From positions 7,936,001 through 8,000,000 of the forward strand of contig OZ004615.1 in assembly GCA_963924565.1 (NCBI GenBank): 64,000 nucleotides of DNA, read 5' to 3'. Below, piece after piece: positions 12,201 through 27,200 of the stretch (positions are counted from its first letter, which is position 1; the number at the start of each line of letters is the position of its first letter). Below the pieces are notes generated by a model that saw only the letters and a program-made list of their open reading frames with translations, was not told the DNA's origin and ran no database searches. The stretch is from Ascidiella aspersa (taxonomy: Eukaryota). The position numbers and the translations under genes were made by a program.

Positions 12201-15200
12201 AGTGAAAACACTGGATAGGACATATTAGAAATCTGTTTCCGAGTGAAACACTGGATAGGACATATTAGAAATCTGTATTTCGCCTAAACTGGCATCATCA
12301 GTTAGTGTAAGTAAAGTAAAATACATAATAGATCATGTCTAATCCTGTGTTTCACTCAGGTTTTCAAAGTTTCAGTTTTGTTTATGTACGCGTCAGCGTA
12401 CCAGTGATTGACAAGCAGAAACCTGCTGCCAATGGTTTGGATTCCATAAAAATACACCCTTTTATATAAATATATTCTCTAAGTTTAATGTGTTGCTAAG
12501 TAACTTGTTATTACAACAAAGGAAAATTTAGAAACTGAAAAGCTCATGCGACAAAACATCCAATAAACTTAGCCGTTTCTAGATCAAACCAAAATCGCAT
12601 ATTTAAAGCGGGGATTAGAACGAAATTCTTCAGTCAAGATCACGTTCCCCTAAATCTGCCCCCACGGTGCTAATCTACTTTGGAAACAAACATTCCCAAT
12701 CGATCAGTGTTTGCCGTCTGTCACTCAAGAGCCAACTCTTGGCCGGCCTAACGCCAAACCGCGGAAAGATTTGAACTCGATTGGACCGAATCGCAAACAA
12801 ATTGCTTCCCGTAGCATGCGAAGAAGCATTTTTTCTTCCGTTTTCGTATTTGCAGCGGAATTCCCACAGAACCGGACGGTGACTGCACTACTTAAAAAAA
12901 GGCGCAAGTGCTGCAACTTTTCAACGACTTGAAGTATCCCAGCAAATTGAAACGTGTTCAAGCCATGCATTCAATCTGCCTTAAAATACTATAACTGATA
13001 TTAAAAAACCCTGAGCACAAACGCTATCAACGAATATTTTAACTTGCACTTACGTTTACTGTCAAATGCTTAAAAGATTTTAGTCCGACAAAACTGTTCT
13101 GTTTTAATACTCAAAAACCATCACAATACGTTAGCTGCCAACTACAGTTCATTAGGTCTAATCTAAGCTGAACAAAATCCCGGGAAACTTGATACGAAAG
13201 ACCAGGCAGGCGGTGGTCGTCGAAATCTAGATGAACTCGCACGGCAAGTTCGACAAAGAACTAATTCCTTCTAGAAACTTTTTCTGGCGTGTTTTTATCA
13301 CCCTGGGTTAAGAGAGGCCACCTTGCCACAGATAGTTTAAGTTTCTACTCAATCTTACTGTGTTAACCGCATAGAGCCACACTATATAAGGGCTGTTACC
13401 AAGTTTCTTTCTCATTTAACACGTATTGTTGGTTAGCCATAGATTAATTGTCAGTGCTACTAAAAAAAATAATAATGATAAAAGGCTACATAGTCGCGAA
13501 CGGTTTTTCACCAAGGGGAATTTGTTAAAAATAAACAACATTCGCTCTTTTAAGCAATGTCTCATCGAGTTATTCGACCAAGATAGATTCTCAGGTGTGC
13601 TGCTTAACTTATCGTGGGAAAATAAATCATTTTATTACAACTAGACATGCGACTTAAATAGAGCACTATCAGTTTAAAAAACTGATTAAATTGGAACATT
13701 CACTTATTGGCTTGCCATGAAGGTCCATTGTCACGTTATAAATTTTTTGTTCTGTGAAAATGCACCGCAAACATTTTTTGATTTTTTACTGTGCAAGCTA
13801 AAAAAATTGGGAATTACTAATATAATTCCTGAGTTCAGTAGATACTAATACGTTCAGTAGATACTAAGATCTAAGTTTGAAAGCTGTACAAATCTGTAAC
13901 TTAGGCTATCGAAGTTAAGCACAGGAAATCTATAAAATGAATTTAATATAACTGCAAAGTCCACATTAAACAGGTAAAAAGTCGCGGGTAAACCATCTCT
14001 ACCCCTGTTTACTTTCTCTGTCGCCTCGCAAACCACACTAAATAATGAAGGTAAAAGACAGGCGCTACTGCTGACAAAGTGGCAAGCACAAACTCATCTA
14101 CTTTCTTGCGAGTTGGCGCAGAGCATCATTCACGAATGCCGTCTTTGTGCGGGGGAGGTTATAACGAGAAGCGTAATTAACGTGCCGGTGCCAAATCGCG
14201 GCTGGCGTCCAGATCAACTCGAACCTGCGATTTAATTTGCGCCGCCGCGAAAATAACTGCGCGCTCGCCGCTGAACCCACAATTAACATTGTCGGGTCGA
14301 CCACACACTCGGTAGCGAAAGATGACAGTCTGTGTTTAGGCTGGGATGGACGAAATGTAAGCCAATGGTCGCTCTGTAAAATTCCACCTGTTAAAATAGA
14401 CAATTTTTGCGATCCGAAATGGACGATTTTTACGACAAGAAATAGGTATCGTTTTGTTGCGGCCGAAAATGTAACATCTCTGTTACGAAAACACAACCAT
14501 GTAAAGCAAAATATAAATGTAATTTCCGAATGTAAAAACAAGAACGTCGGGCTATGTGAATGATGTTCTAATTTTTTTTACGGTAAGCCTTTTTAAAGGA
14601 AGCTGGTGTTTTCTTAGATATTCAAGCGATAACATTTCACTAGTTTGGATAATGTGTGAAGGATAACATTCCGCTAGTTTAATAATATATAAATGTTTAA
14701 CAATCTACCAAAGATGGGTTGTGCAAAAAGTGCCTCTAAAAAAATCTTACTAAATGCATTATTTCAATCCCATTTGCAACAACGCTGTTCTATCTTATCT
14801 TGTAAATCTGCACAGCACCGTATTTATCGCTCAGCCTCCAAAACGACACAGCCCTCAACGGAAGCGTTCGGCATTCTTTCGCCTCTGTAGATCAGTAAAT
14901 CGCCGGGTCTTAGACGCCCGGGTGCGCCTAATTGCAGGGTGGATGCTTATCGAGGCTAAGCAATCTATACATTCCGACACGAAATTCGCGTAGCTGTTTC
15001 GCTCCCGTCTCCGGCCGCGGTCCGACTTGTTTGAAAAACGAGGCCTGAGCGCGGATCTCTAATTTCACGTTCGTCAACTTTCCCTGCCCGAATATTCCGC
15101 CTCGCAATAAACGTGACTGCGCAAGTAATCTGAGTTTGCATATTGGCGGCTCCCCTGCATGGTAAAGTTGTTGCAACAACACTTCTATCTCTCAACGCAA

Positions 15201-18200
15201 GGCACGATTACTGTGCAACATTTTTTTAATTAATTGAACCGTTATAGGTACTGTATACCTCTGCATAACATATAGATCGACAAAAAAGCAAAATTTGCAG
15301 TGCTTTAAAACATAGAAACAAAACAGTAATACGGATATTTCTTCTGGCAAGCGAAAATATATTTTTTATATATAATACAAACTTTTGTATCAGCCCTACT
15401 GACGAAAAAACGATAAACTATACTTATTGCGTTACTCGAATTATCTAGAAATCACGAAAACGAGCCACTTCGATGTTCCCGCAAACTGCGCCTCGCTCTA
15501 GACAAGAGGGTCTTTCAGGGCTGCTCCCCAGTCTGGCCAAACCACAACCACAACTGAGCCTAGAGTGCGAACAGAAAAATCGCACCGCCAGATCCATCAC
15601 GCAACTGAAACATCGAGGTAAAATAGTGTAACTTTAAACTTTACAAGCTTTCAATCTACAAACTGCATTTTTGCAGCCAGCAATTCATGCTTTGCCGTCA
15701 AGCATTACAATTAACAAGCGCGTTTACCGCTACTAAGACTCTTCTGCATTTTCGCCCGCTACTCTGACGCCAACCACCTTCACGGCAAAGGCGCTAGAGA
15801 AAGTGAGAGTCTGTCGAGCGATGCACCTGCGGCGGTGCGTCATGAGCAAGAGCGGTCATGCGGGCCGTGGCCTTATTTGGCGAGCGGCGAGCACCTCGAC
15901 TTTCGACATTTCGCCCGGGCAGCAATTCTTGGGCCAAGCGGCAGGCGATTTGACCGAGATCCAGTGCAATCCTCTCTTGGGCCTGCCTATCTTGTCCATA
16001 TCGCAGCTTTGCGCGCCTATTGCACGCTGGGTTCGGTATGTTTCCTGTGGGAATGCACGACGTGGTATTTGGTCGGGCGTGGGATCAACATTCCGAACAA
16101 AACTATACCGTTTTGCTTGCTTTTTGACTTCGCCAAGACATGAAATGAAGCGAAATGTTGAGCTTTAGGTTGATAAAAGCAATGGCGAACGCTTTGTGTC
16201 GGTTAGCAATTTAATAACGGACGTAACCGCGATCTCTCGTAATGTTAAGCGTTATTTGATCATGCCCATACTCTAAATCTCAAATTTTATCGCAATAAAT
16301 AAGATGCATTGCTAACTTGATAATAAGGCTGCCAACTCGTCGGTGCAAAACACAACCGAAGACCGGCCGTAAACATACGTCACTGTAGAACTGAGATTCG
16401 TCATTAACTGCGCACTGCATTTGCAACGCCAAACTAGCGATTCGCCAAAAACAAATCGCACCTAGCCTTATAAGGCAAAAATCGAGTATCCAACCGCAGA
16501 GACAGTGTGCGTGTGACGCAAAAAAACGCGCTTCTTCGCCGCGAAAAGTCAAAGCTGTCTATTGTTCGGTTCGAGCCGGGCGACGAGAAAAAAACGACTC
16601 AACCGACATGTCGTCGAAATCGACACACAAAGTACTTCCCGCAAGTTGGGTTGCAGGGATTTTCTCCTTCCGGCAGCCCGCGACAATAGAAGCACTGTGT
16701 GTCGGCGACCAAGACAGTCAATAGACTTTAATGGGATTTTTGTGAGCGTGGCGATGGGAATTTCTGAAGTTGTAATGACTGCCGCCCCTTGCTACTGATT
16801 AACTGCGAGAATACGGTCAATGTAAATCGTATGTGATTGATGCAAAAGTATATAGTCTCAAGCGTATAACAACTTTCCGTTTGCTGATAATCGCTCCCCA
16901 AAGCTTAAATCGCAAAGAAAAGTTTAAAGACACCTAAAAATAATTCTTTCGACCATTTGAGTCTTGTCTTGTGCTGTTTGCTTTGCAATACAAAGACCCG
17001 AACAATTATTGTACATCAAAGCTTCCCAAGTTCCTAACCTGCAGCCCGTGGCCTAATGCGGTCGGCGAAGCGCTCTGCAGTCCCCAAAATATATAACTAG
17101 TTTGACAAACTAATTTATAGTATTTATTTTATCTTTTGCAATTCAGTCACGCCTAGTGTTTTATCTTAAACTTTGAGGTTTACAGCACATTAAATCGAAT
17201 TCGAAGCCATTGTTTAGTCGCAACAGAGGTCCTTGTGTTGGGTAAATTCATCATATTAAAACAACAACAGTGGCTATATAAAAAAACGGTCATCTGTCCT
17301 TGCTGAAACTGTAGCCCGCGTCAGCCCGAAATTAGTTAAGGGCTTGTAGGAATGATGTGAAACATTACAAAAAAAGAGCAAGCGGGAATTTCCAAGTGGT
17401 TTCACGATAAGCTCTAAAACTACCAAGCATAATTAGAGCACACCTTGAACTATCATATGACACTCCATTTAATGTCTAATATAGCAGTCGGTAGAACCGC
17501 AAGATTATGGGCGGAATACCCATCCTTGTTTGCGGTTATTCAAATTTAATTATGCTGGTATAGGAAAGGGCTCAAAGGGGTTTGGCTCGTGTAACATAGC
17601 TAATTATCGAAAAGCAGCAGATCACAGTTTGGGATATTAACTTGAAATATCGATTAAATTCGAAAAACAATATATTTTCATAACAAATTTTGCAGCCAAG
17701 TTCAATCTCGCTTATCCTGTATCAATGTTACCTATTCTAAATTGGTTCTCCTCATGTCATGACACAACACTGTGGGCGGCCTGGAAAGGAATCAACAAAT
17801 TCAATTTAGTACCAGTCTAACTAGCACCTCTGTCATTTCGCACGTAAGCGCAATTCGGGGGACTTCGAAAGCCGCTCGACGCCGAATTTCCATTAAGCTC
17901 AACAACAAACAAGCGTCCGCCCATTCCCGACGTTCTCTAGCCGACGGGGGATGTTTACTGCAACGTCAAGACTCCGCGGCGCTGGCTGTTTGCCGAACAT
18001 TGCTCGCCGCAATAAACGTCAAGGCTTTTTGCGCCTAAATGGCCATCTTCAGCCATTCTTAAGTGTGGAAAGACTTACGCTCCATGTTTATCGTGTGGCA
18101 ATTTATTTCCAGTGGAATTTGCCTTCCCTGATGGGACAATGGAGGCCCCGCGGCCGTGCGTTCCTACGCCGTTACGCTGCAGCAGTGCAAACAGAGCTGA

Positions 18201-21200
18201 CAGAAGTGACACCACCGAGGACTGCAGCACTGCCCACCCTTGATTTAAAGCCTCGACTGACAGCAAAGTTTGGGAGGCAATCAAAGCTTTCTACTTGCGC
18301 AATGCAGCAGTTAAACGTATTTTTGTCAAAGTTTTAAATACGTTTGTTAAGCAATTCGCATTTTAAGGTGAGTGACGTACAGCATTCGAACAGATATTTT
18401 TCTATAATTTTAATGTCGACCATATACACCCAAAAACAACTATTGGATTATACGTATTGTTCGTACAAGTTTAATGTCAGAAATTTGCGATGACAATACA
18501 ACTTATCTCAACTTTAAGCAAATCACCGTCTCAAAATGTAAACAAAGATTTTACGACTCTTTTGTCGTCGATTTGCAGGCGGACTTACCTTCGAGGCCGG
18601 ACTGGTCCAGAAAACCGGTTCGAAGGGCCAGCCAACGAACTCCTCGGCCGCAGCGCCTAAACCGTTTGCGTCTGGCATTGACTGAACTGATAAGGGCCGA
18701 TTAACTTCCGGCTAAATCCTTTTACAAAATCTTCAGCAAAACTTGCGCGACCGTCCCGGGATACTCTTTACTCTTCGCGCTTCCAATTGGCAATAGGCAA
18801 ACAAGTCGGTCCGGGTGCGGCTTGAGTTCTACAAAGAAGGCGGCTGTCCGTTGGCCGCTATATAACACAGCATCAAAAATATTTCCCTGTCCACGCTATC
18901 TTCTTCGCACCTGTCGGCGCACACGCTCTCGTCGCTTTGTAACAGCAAGGCGACTGAAAAAGCGAAAAAAAAAAACACGGGCTCAGGGGCGCGCTTACAA
19001 CAGGACTGCGCCGCCTCCGGCCCGACAAACTCGTGTTCGCGATCCAATGTGTAATTACCTTGCCGAGGCTGGCTGGCTGGCGGGAGGAATGTTTGCTCGC
19101 GCTGGGAAATAGCAGCCGACGAGGCCGCAGCAGTTTAGCAGCAACAAACGAAGGGTAAATGCGCCGCGTGCGCGCACCCACACACAACACAGGCCAGGGA
19201 AGGGGATCACGGTTGTTACTTGCGTACGGGGGGAATTCGGTTTCACGCGTTGCACGGATTTTGCTATCAGACGCAAATCGCGCGGTGGTTGCTTATGTGA
19301 AGGCAATTTCCCGAATTCGGCGGCACATGATAGGATCGACTTTACAAAGCCAAATGCACGTACACACGCGCACACACAACAGCGCCCAAGTTGAGGGGGT
19401 ATCGGACGCTTGGCCGCGCAAACACAATTGCCGATCGCGCGCGGAGGTGTCGCCTGGCGCGAATTGACGCGTACAGGAGCGGAGCGAGACGCTATAGATT
19501 CTCCTGCGGGATCTTCGTCGCGTTTTTGAGGAAAACTTCCGATTGTCGCCGACGCGATTTCAGGATGTTGTCGTCTCAACGGCGTTGGTATAAGGATATG
19601 AGCAAAGCAGATTAAAATCGTGGATATACGTAAATTAATTAGTGTGATTGTCAGCCGATGTATGAAGTTTGCGAGTGAAGGTGTGCAGTCGTTTTCCAAT
19701 TTAGGTGGATATTCAAGACATCAAACTACTTTTCCGTAATTTCAAACTCAACGTATGTCCGGATGAACACATTTTTCGTGGCTTATTGACCGGCAAATAT
19801 ATATTCACCTTTCAACACCCCCCCCCCAAAAAAATACTCAATTGTACTATCCTTGTCGCCCTTAGGGCACTCTTCAGCCGTCGATAAATCCAGATGACAA
19901 GATCTCCAGAGCACAAAGCCACGCTTCCGGATTTTCACCAGTGATCCGATATCTTGCGCGCACTTAGGGAGACATCTGGCGCACTTTTGCGGCCGTCTTA
20001 CAACGGCCGGCACTATAACGACCGCCCTAAAGATATTTTAAATAAAACGGCCCCCTTGGTATGGCTCATTGGGCTCCACTTTGAGTTTGCACAATAGCTT
20101 TAAAAACTCAAAGAGGGACCTTGTCTACTGACATTGGTTGTACTGTGTGGTGTCAGATTAAAGATGGCAGATTATCCACCGCGTCACAAAAGATCCCACG
20201 TCAAGGTAGAATGGGCTTGTTTGGGGTTTAAAGCAGTGCACACGCGCGCACGAGAAAGATCAGGCGATTCTTCAAGTCTGACAGCTTAAGCTCGGAGTAC
20301 AGATCCCCGGAATCTCTAGAATCGCATTTCGTGCTGACGGACTTAAAAGACTTTAAAACGCCCAATTCTTGTCAAGAACTATAGTTATGTCCATACTATT
20401 GGTTGACATTGAATATTCGCTTTCTTGTTCCTTGCAAGTATGGCTGGTCTTTGACATTTTGATAGCAAATGCGCCATCACTTACGTCGTTTTCTACATTC
20501 AACAATTCCTATATTGTATCTTTACATGTTTCCCCCCAAAAAAAAATCGAACTGAATTGCGCAATTTTATTACTAAGCAGAATGGCGCCGCATTACGACA
20601 AAACGACATGCGATAAAAACTCCTGTCCTCAATTAATTGTCATAATCAAAGAAGTGAAATGAAGTTTTAAACAGAAAAAAGGTAATAGTGCTAATGGAAA
20701 ACATTTCGCACATAGGTATTCGATCAGTTTCGCAAAGTGTTGTATAGTTTGTTTTGCGCCACGCCGCAGACCAAGTCGGTATCAGAAAATGCACTTGGCA
20801 GACGACCGAGATAATGTCACCTACTAACCCGCAAGTGAGGATTTCTGCGTTAACATAACAAGGCACGCCGCGCCTGTTTGGGGAAAACGAATAGCAACAG
20901 AGCGAATAGCAAACCCGGGTACAAAAAACAGCAGGGCTGCAGAAAAAGCACTTAGCAATCTTGTTTGGTCTTGTTGAAAGAAGTTGACAACGAGACACGT
21001 CACCCGAAAGAAAAGGTCACAACTCTCTTGCAAAGCAGTGCAAGTGTTGCGAGGAAATACTAAATAAACCAGGTACGGTACGTCGGTACGTGTTTTATCC
21101 AGTAAACACCATCGACAACGAAGCAGTTAGGCGGTCAAAAAAATACGATGGTAAAAAAAAAATCTGCCCATTAACCTAACGTTAACGTTTAGAGAAAGGC

Positions 21201-24200
21201 TATACTCAATTAATTTAGCAAAGACCCACATACTAAAGTACACAACATTAGGGTTATATTGATCTTCCAATAGTCAGCTCGTGAGGGAATTTCTTGTATT
21301 AGAAAACACCATATTCAACACTTCAAAGGTCCAGATACCGCCGCGGTTAGCCAGTTCGGTAGCCCTGCTTGAGATTCAAGCGAACTACCCTGGACGCGCA
21401 TTGCGCTGTTGTCTGTAAATAGTTTTCCGAAAAGGTTGGGCAACAAACCAGCTTCAAAAGGTCACCAATGTCGCTAGCCCTTATTCGGCTTTATAGTCGC
21501 TTCCTTCAAACAAGACTTGTCGACACAACATCGTGAAACAACATTCACATGTTGATCATGAGGATTTTAGCAGCTGTAATGCGAGTAAAATATGCGGCGA
21601 ATGCATTATGAAATGCATCGAGATTTCTATTTTTAACGTCTTTATAAAGTTTTGAACACAGAAGGACGTAGGTGCATGCGGCAAGATTGTGCCAACTGCA
21701 AAAGGACAATGGGTGTAAAAAGATATGCAAAACTTATGAACATTTGGAATTGTCGAATTGGTTTAAAGTTCCAATGAATCATCGATACACATACGTGTAT
21801 TGTCCAACAACTGTCAGTTAGCCCTTTAAAAGTCTTCGTTTTAGTCAGCGATAGCGGCACCCGCATAGTTAGGATTCCTCAGCAAACTGAGAAATGTTTC
21901 GACGGCTTTGAGTATTGCTGGATTGTCCTGGTAAAGCTGCGACCGATATGAGCAACATTTCATGAGTATTAAAACACATTTGAGACGATTTCAGTAACAA
22001 ATAAATTGGTATTCCACAATATCAAATCAGACAAGGCAACATTCCTCTATTATAATTATCCATATTTGCTATTGTTTAATTCACGTTAAACCCCTAAACA
22101 ACGTTGATAAATATCACAATATCAGATAGCCTGGCGATTAAATCGCGTTTTTCGTAATTTGAATTTTTTGTTAATGTGTCACCACTATCAAACCCTTCGG
22201 CTCAGCGAAAACATCCTTGTGAACTTCCGCTAGCAATCAAACCAGCTCTCAACTTCGTGTTTGGGTTTCCTCGAGAAATCTTCACATCTTGTGCTTTAGG
22301 ACCTGTACGAAGTTATGCGCGGAATGCACCAGCTTGGAATCTGAGGGGAGTGACCCGTCTGAGCTGAGCTATGATTCGTCCGCTGCCTTTGAAGTCGTTC
22401 GCAACCGGCGGCGTTTAGTTGGATGATTAGATGTAGAACGGCCAAAGGAGTTTTGCTGCTGCATGTGGTTTATTAATTTGCGAAATGTGCTCAGCATAGC
22501 AACGGGACGCAGGGAAGTATTTTCAAGAGTTTGAAGGTCAAAAGCATGAATCAAACGCAGATATGTATGAGATTCTCAATTAGTATCATAGTAATTTTAT
22601 TGTCGAGCATTGGGTGACACATTCCACAATTTAAAATATAAAACTTTGCGAACGGGATTGCCATTAGCACATTGTTGCGTTGATTCCTAGAAAAAATAAG
22701 TAAAAAACCTGAAAGGGTCTGAATGCCAGAGAGTGTACGTGTTTGTTTGCAAATCTATTTTTCCAATATGATAGGTCAGGCACGGGAAGATCAGCCAAAT
22801 GCGCAGCGGCAGATTAGCTGACTAACACATCGTCGCCAGGCTTTTTGCAGCCTTTTTTGGTCGGACGGCAAAATTCCAAGGCTCTTGCCCCAACCGCAAA
22901 CGCTAAATAATCCGCTAAAACCTCGAGAAGCAAGAAAACAAGAGGAATCGATAAGACTCGATCAGTCGCGGTCCGGTGACTCGTCACGGAAGATCGCACA
23001 TCACGGGTCACGTGATTTTACCTGCAAGCCTGTCCAGGAAACCAGAGGCGACTTTTTTGTGCGATTTTGTGGCGCAAAGCGATGGGTTTAGGCAAATAAT
23101 CAACCTGCACAGACAGCAGACTCATATGCAATTCAAGGTACGCGTAACGTCCACTACTTATCCATACACCCATGTATAGATCTGTACTACAATGTTGAAA
23201 TAACGATTTTTAATTTGATGATAACTGGGATATCTTAGCAGCGGTGTTCAACTGTTTTCACACACGTAGAGGTTAGGTGTGCTGGTCAATTTGCATGACT
23301 CACTGACTAGCCGCGCACGCCACACCTTGCTTCGATCTACCTGTTGGTAGCGGAGGAGGCGCGCTTACGCTGATACCGGCGCTTGTTTTGTTGTGATAAC
23401 GGCAACCAGGCGTCGCCCGCTTTCGCTCACTTTGCTTGACGGATGGTGGACGATGCCTGAATGCTGGGAAGGTCGTCTTGCCTTGTTTGGAAACGACCTC
23501 CACTGCTTGCTACTGGTAATTTTGATTAATTTGCGAGATGACGGTTTTCGCGTATATATATATATTTTAATCGACTGTTTAGACAAATTAATCGACTGTT
23601 TAGTAAAAACAGAGAACAATCATTCTGCTCCATGATACACAAAAATGTATTTTTTGCCGAAAAGACGGGCAACGGCAATTTCACAATCGGACTAATTTTA
23701 TTTCGTATATAAACTATTCCATTTAATTCTTGAAATTTGATGAATTTATTACTAAATAAACAGCTTGTTTAGAGTTTAAAATGCTATCTATAGCTATTCA
23801 TTGCAATTGAGAGCAATCTCTAAAAAAAACTCATCAAACTGTTGTGCTTCCCAATTTAAATACACTGTATGGACTTATTTGACGAAACTGTTAGCACAAG
23901 ACGTTTCTGGAATTTGAATCGCATAAATCGAAGGTGATCACACTAGAAATCGAAGTTCCGTGTAATTGCAGCTCTGACTTGACCCGCACCTGACCACACT
24001 TGAGCTATTTCTGAACTACTTAAACGTTAAAACCCACGACTATAAACCCACGACCTTCTTACCACGCCATTGACTTGTTATATCGGAATGCGGAAGTATT
24101 AACATTGCGAACTTGTGAATTGCTGCTATTGAACGTTGGGCTGCTGAAATTGTTAATATAATGTTGTGACAAATATACAGTCATGTAAATTATAACCGTT

Positions 24201-27200
24201 GTGTACACAATCTCATCATCATTGAATTTTAATCCAACGGAAGCTGCCCAAGATGTATTACAAATTAGACCCACCTCTTTATATTAGATCAACCACCTTT
24301 AATCATCCTGGTTTTAAACAGTCCCAAGCAAGAAACTGCCATTTTTCGCTTCATTTGCCTAAAACATGTAAGACTACCCTTATCTAAAATGCACAAAGCA
24401 TCAGATTTCATGCTAACTTAAGTGCATTCGATACTATTGAGAAAGACGGTACTGATAATAATTCAGGGTGGCCTAAAGTCGTTATAAGTCCGAAAAGTCA
24501 GTAATGTAGATCCGTCTAATTCCCCTCGTGTTTGGTTACATTCTAACTAGGACTTCGTTCGTTTATCTAAATCCATACGATTGTCTGTTCGTCACTGAAA
24601 AACGCCAACATAAACCTAAACGCATATACAGTATAATGCAAGTAATAAATTTCGTCGCTCTAACCCAAGATAAAGTTAATCATTGAGTTTTAATTGGTGT
24701 AATTAAGACTGGAGTACAACCTTTAAACAAGCGTTGTAAACAAGAATTATTTGCAAATAATTACAGTTCTACAACGTAATCCAGTGTCGGTCCCAATTCC
24801 TGTTTTTTAAGTAATAAGATAGTCATTTGCCTTCAAAAGTAAGTGAGGTTGTAATTTGGCAAATTTTGTATATTAATTTTGAAGTTAAAACAAAACAAAA
24901 TACTTTCATGCTGTTTACATCACTGTGACAATAAAACTGTGAAAAAAACATTTACCCAATATAACCATATAGGTTGTCTAACGAGGTACATTCTAAACCT
25001 ATAATGTAGCCGAAACGTATATTTTAAATCAAAGAGAACATTGTTGTTGCAATTTGTTGAATATATGATTTATTTCCACTGAACAACTTCAGTTAAGCAA
25101 TCTAACCACAAACAAACGGTGCTGTCAAAATAAAGCAGGACAAATGAGGAATTTGGGTGACCGCTAAGTAGTTTTAAGAGACCGCAAGTGTTTCATTTAA
25201 ATACCTCCAGTTTTAAGAGACCGCAAGTGTTTCATTTAAATAAGTCCAAAATTTGGGAAACCGCTGGAGAAATTTGGGGGACCGTTTCGGTCCACACAAA
25301 ACACCTTAAAAAAACACTGAATTCATATAGGTTGTCTCACTACCTCAAACCTATGGTTAGTCTGATAAAGGTACTCACCCTCTTCCATATAACAGTAGGC
25401 TTCGGTCTTCCTTCTACTTTGCATTCGAAGCGGATCCGATTGCCGAGTTTGCATTCGGCCGGAATGAGGCTCTGACTAAAAGCTGGAGCGCGATCGCCCA
25501 TTGCGGATGAGGACTCTTTTGCTGCAACAGAAAAAATAAACATGAGCAATCTTAACCCAAGCTGCAAAGCATATTTATAGAAAAACATATGCTTTATTTC
25601 TTGGATTTAAAATGACGTTTTACTTTCTGCAACATGATACTGCTCTAAGTAAAACCTGAAGAACAAAATTGGGTGCAAAACATTACATTTTCTTATTAGC
25701 TTTTTGAGATGCTTTTTAAAAAGTTTGATGTTTAATTATAAAATAATGGACGTTTACAGCAGGGATTACCAGTTTAGAAAATAATAAAGATATGGTAAAC
25801 AATTTCTACAATCGGGAATTTTTGTTGGACGAGATCATATAATCCAAGGAACGGCAGAATTATAAAAAGTATTGGAAATAATTTTGTGTTTATAACAAAC
25901 CTGTAAGTATTAATTCAACAGAGCAGGAAGCTTTTCCAGCCGAGTTGTTGGCCACGCAACGATAGGTACCCGCGTCGGTCGCTCTTAGGTCTCGTATTTC
26001 GAGCAACGATTCTCCCGAATCGAGATTCACTACGTTCACTCGTTCGCTTTCGCGCAACTTAACAGCGCCCTGTAGCGGAAAAAGATAAGTCGGCGTTATT
26101 TGCCGGCATCGATTTCAATCCCGTCTATATTTTCAATCCAGCTGTAAGCATAACTTTTTGTTGGGTGATTGAGTCTAGTTTTAAATACGATTTTAAATGG
26201 CGCAGGTGTTTAATTTTTCTAAAGCCTAGCGAATAATTTGTAATTATAGCTAAAAAATACTACCCTAAATATATATGTTAATTTATTAGATCGAAGCTTT
26301 TCACACTATAATTATGCATCTAAAGAAATTAAAGATTCCCAAAATGAACGCGACAACTCGAGAAAATCTGTTAATTAACACAACCAGAAAAACGGCTTTT
26401 AACTTTCGACCAAAAAGGTCAAAAATAATTGCCAGCAACACATCTTGTTGGCACTAAATTCGATTTGCAAGTGAACTTCGGCGGATAGGACTTGTATTCA
26501 CCTGAAACACAGCAACAGGAATAAGTAATATAACACTCAACGTGACGAAATATCTGACCTGAGAAGGCAGTTTTAACATTACGTAACCGGCCAAGTGCGA
26601 TGTGTTACTATTGCAAATGCCGTGACACAGGGCCACAGGCGTACTTCAAAGAGAAACAACCCACAACAATTTTAACGGTTTGAGCATTGCATTACGACCG
26701 CCGTGAACTCAACTGATAGGAATATACAGAATTTAAAACCTTTAATTAAGCTAGTATATAGGCCCCGCTAAATACTATTTACACGAGTCGACAATTTAAG
26801 AAAGACACGTTTAGGCAATTTCCTAACAGGTTTCGATTTGTTCCAATTATGTAAGATAAAACGTAGGTAGTTCAAGCAAGAGTTTTGCAAAACAAAATCG
26901 TAAAAAAAACTTGCCTTAGTTCTAATCTGAGGTTGTGATCAAAACTGTTAGAAACAGAACTGCCAAATTGTGGTAGGGTATTTTTAAAATTCCTATAAAA
27001 TAAGGCTATTGTTCAGATATCTGCAGAACATTAAAGTATGTGTGATTGCCACAAGGTTGACAAGCATTTCTGCAAGTCATTAAACGTTATATAAACTCAC
27101 ATTCTGAAAATAAAAGGCAGCCGACTCAGATGAATTTAACACTGCATTTAAACGACGCTCTTTATTGGGGTTCACCAAAATTCCGAAAGATGTAGCTTTT

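Noticed and set aside
15871-15880. CArG box CCTTATTTGG (another, CCAATATTGG, at 27426-27435)
   Set aside because: Attractive for a muscle gene, but only two were seen, no more than expected by chance in 64 kb.
18079-18085. ATG GAG C|GTAAGT mini first exon
   Set aside because: Phase 1 is incompatible with the next acceptor (phase 0) and it is too short to distinguish from chance.
19855-19880. CTGAAGA-GT-GCCC(TAA)GGGC-GACA on the minus strand (a similar near-miss lies at about 18027-18052)
   Set aside because: GACA/GCAA instead of the essential GAAA, no stem I or III, and no repeat context; this shows the background rate of hammerhead-like matches.
23300-23503. Open frame ending at a phase-0 GTAAGC donor in the 13.4-kb intron
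   Set aside because: No ATG and no convincing phase-0 acceptor.
25005-25025. CCGAAACGTA resembling the 3' half of a hammerhead
   Set aside because: No upstream CUGANGA and no similarity to families A or B.
25480-25501. MGD…APAF similarity to the vertebrate MYLK N-terminus as grounds for a gene symbol
   Set aside because: Too short, and generic for I-set A strands; no kinase or DFRxxL motif lies in the window, so no symbol was assigned.
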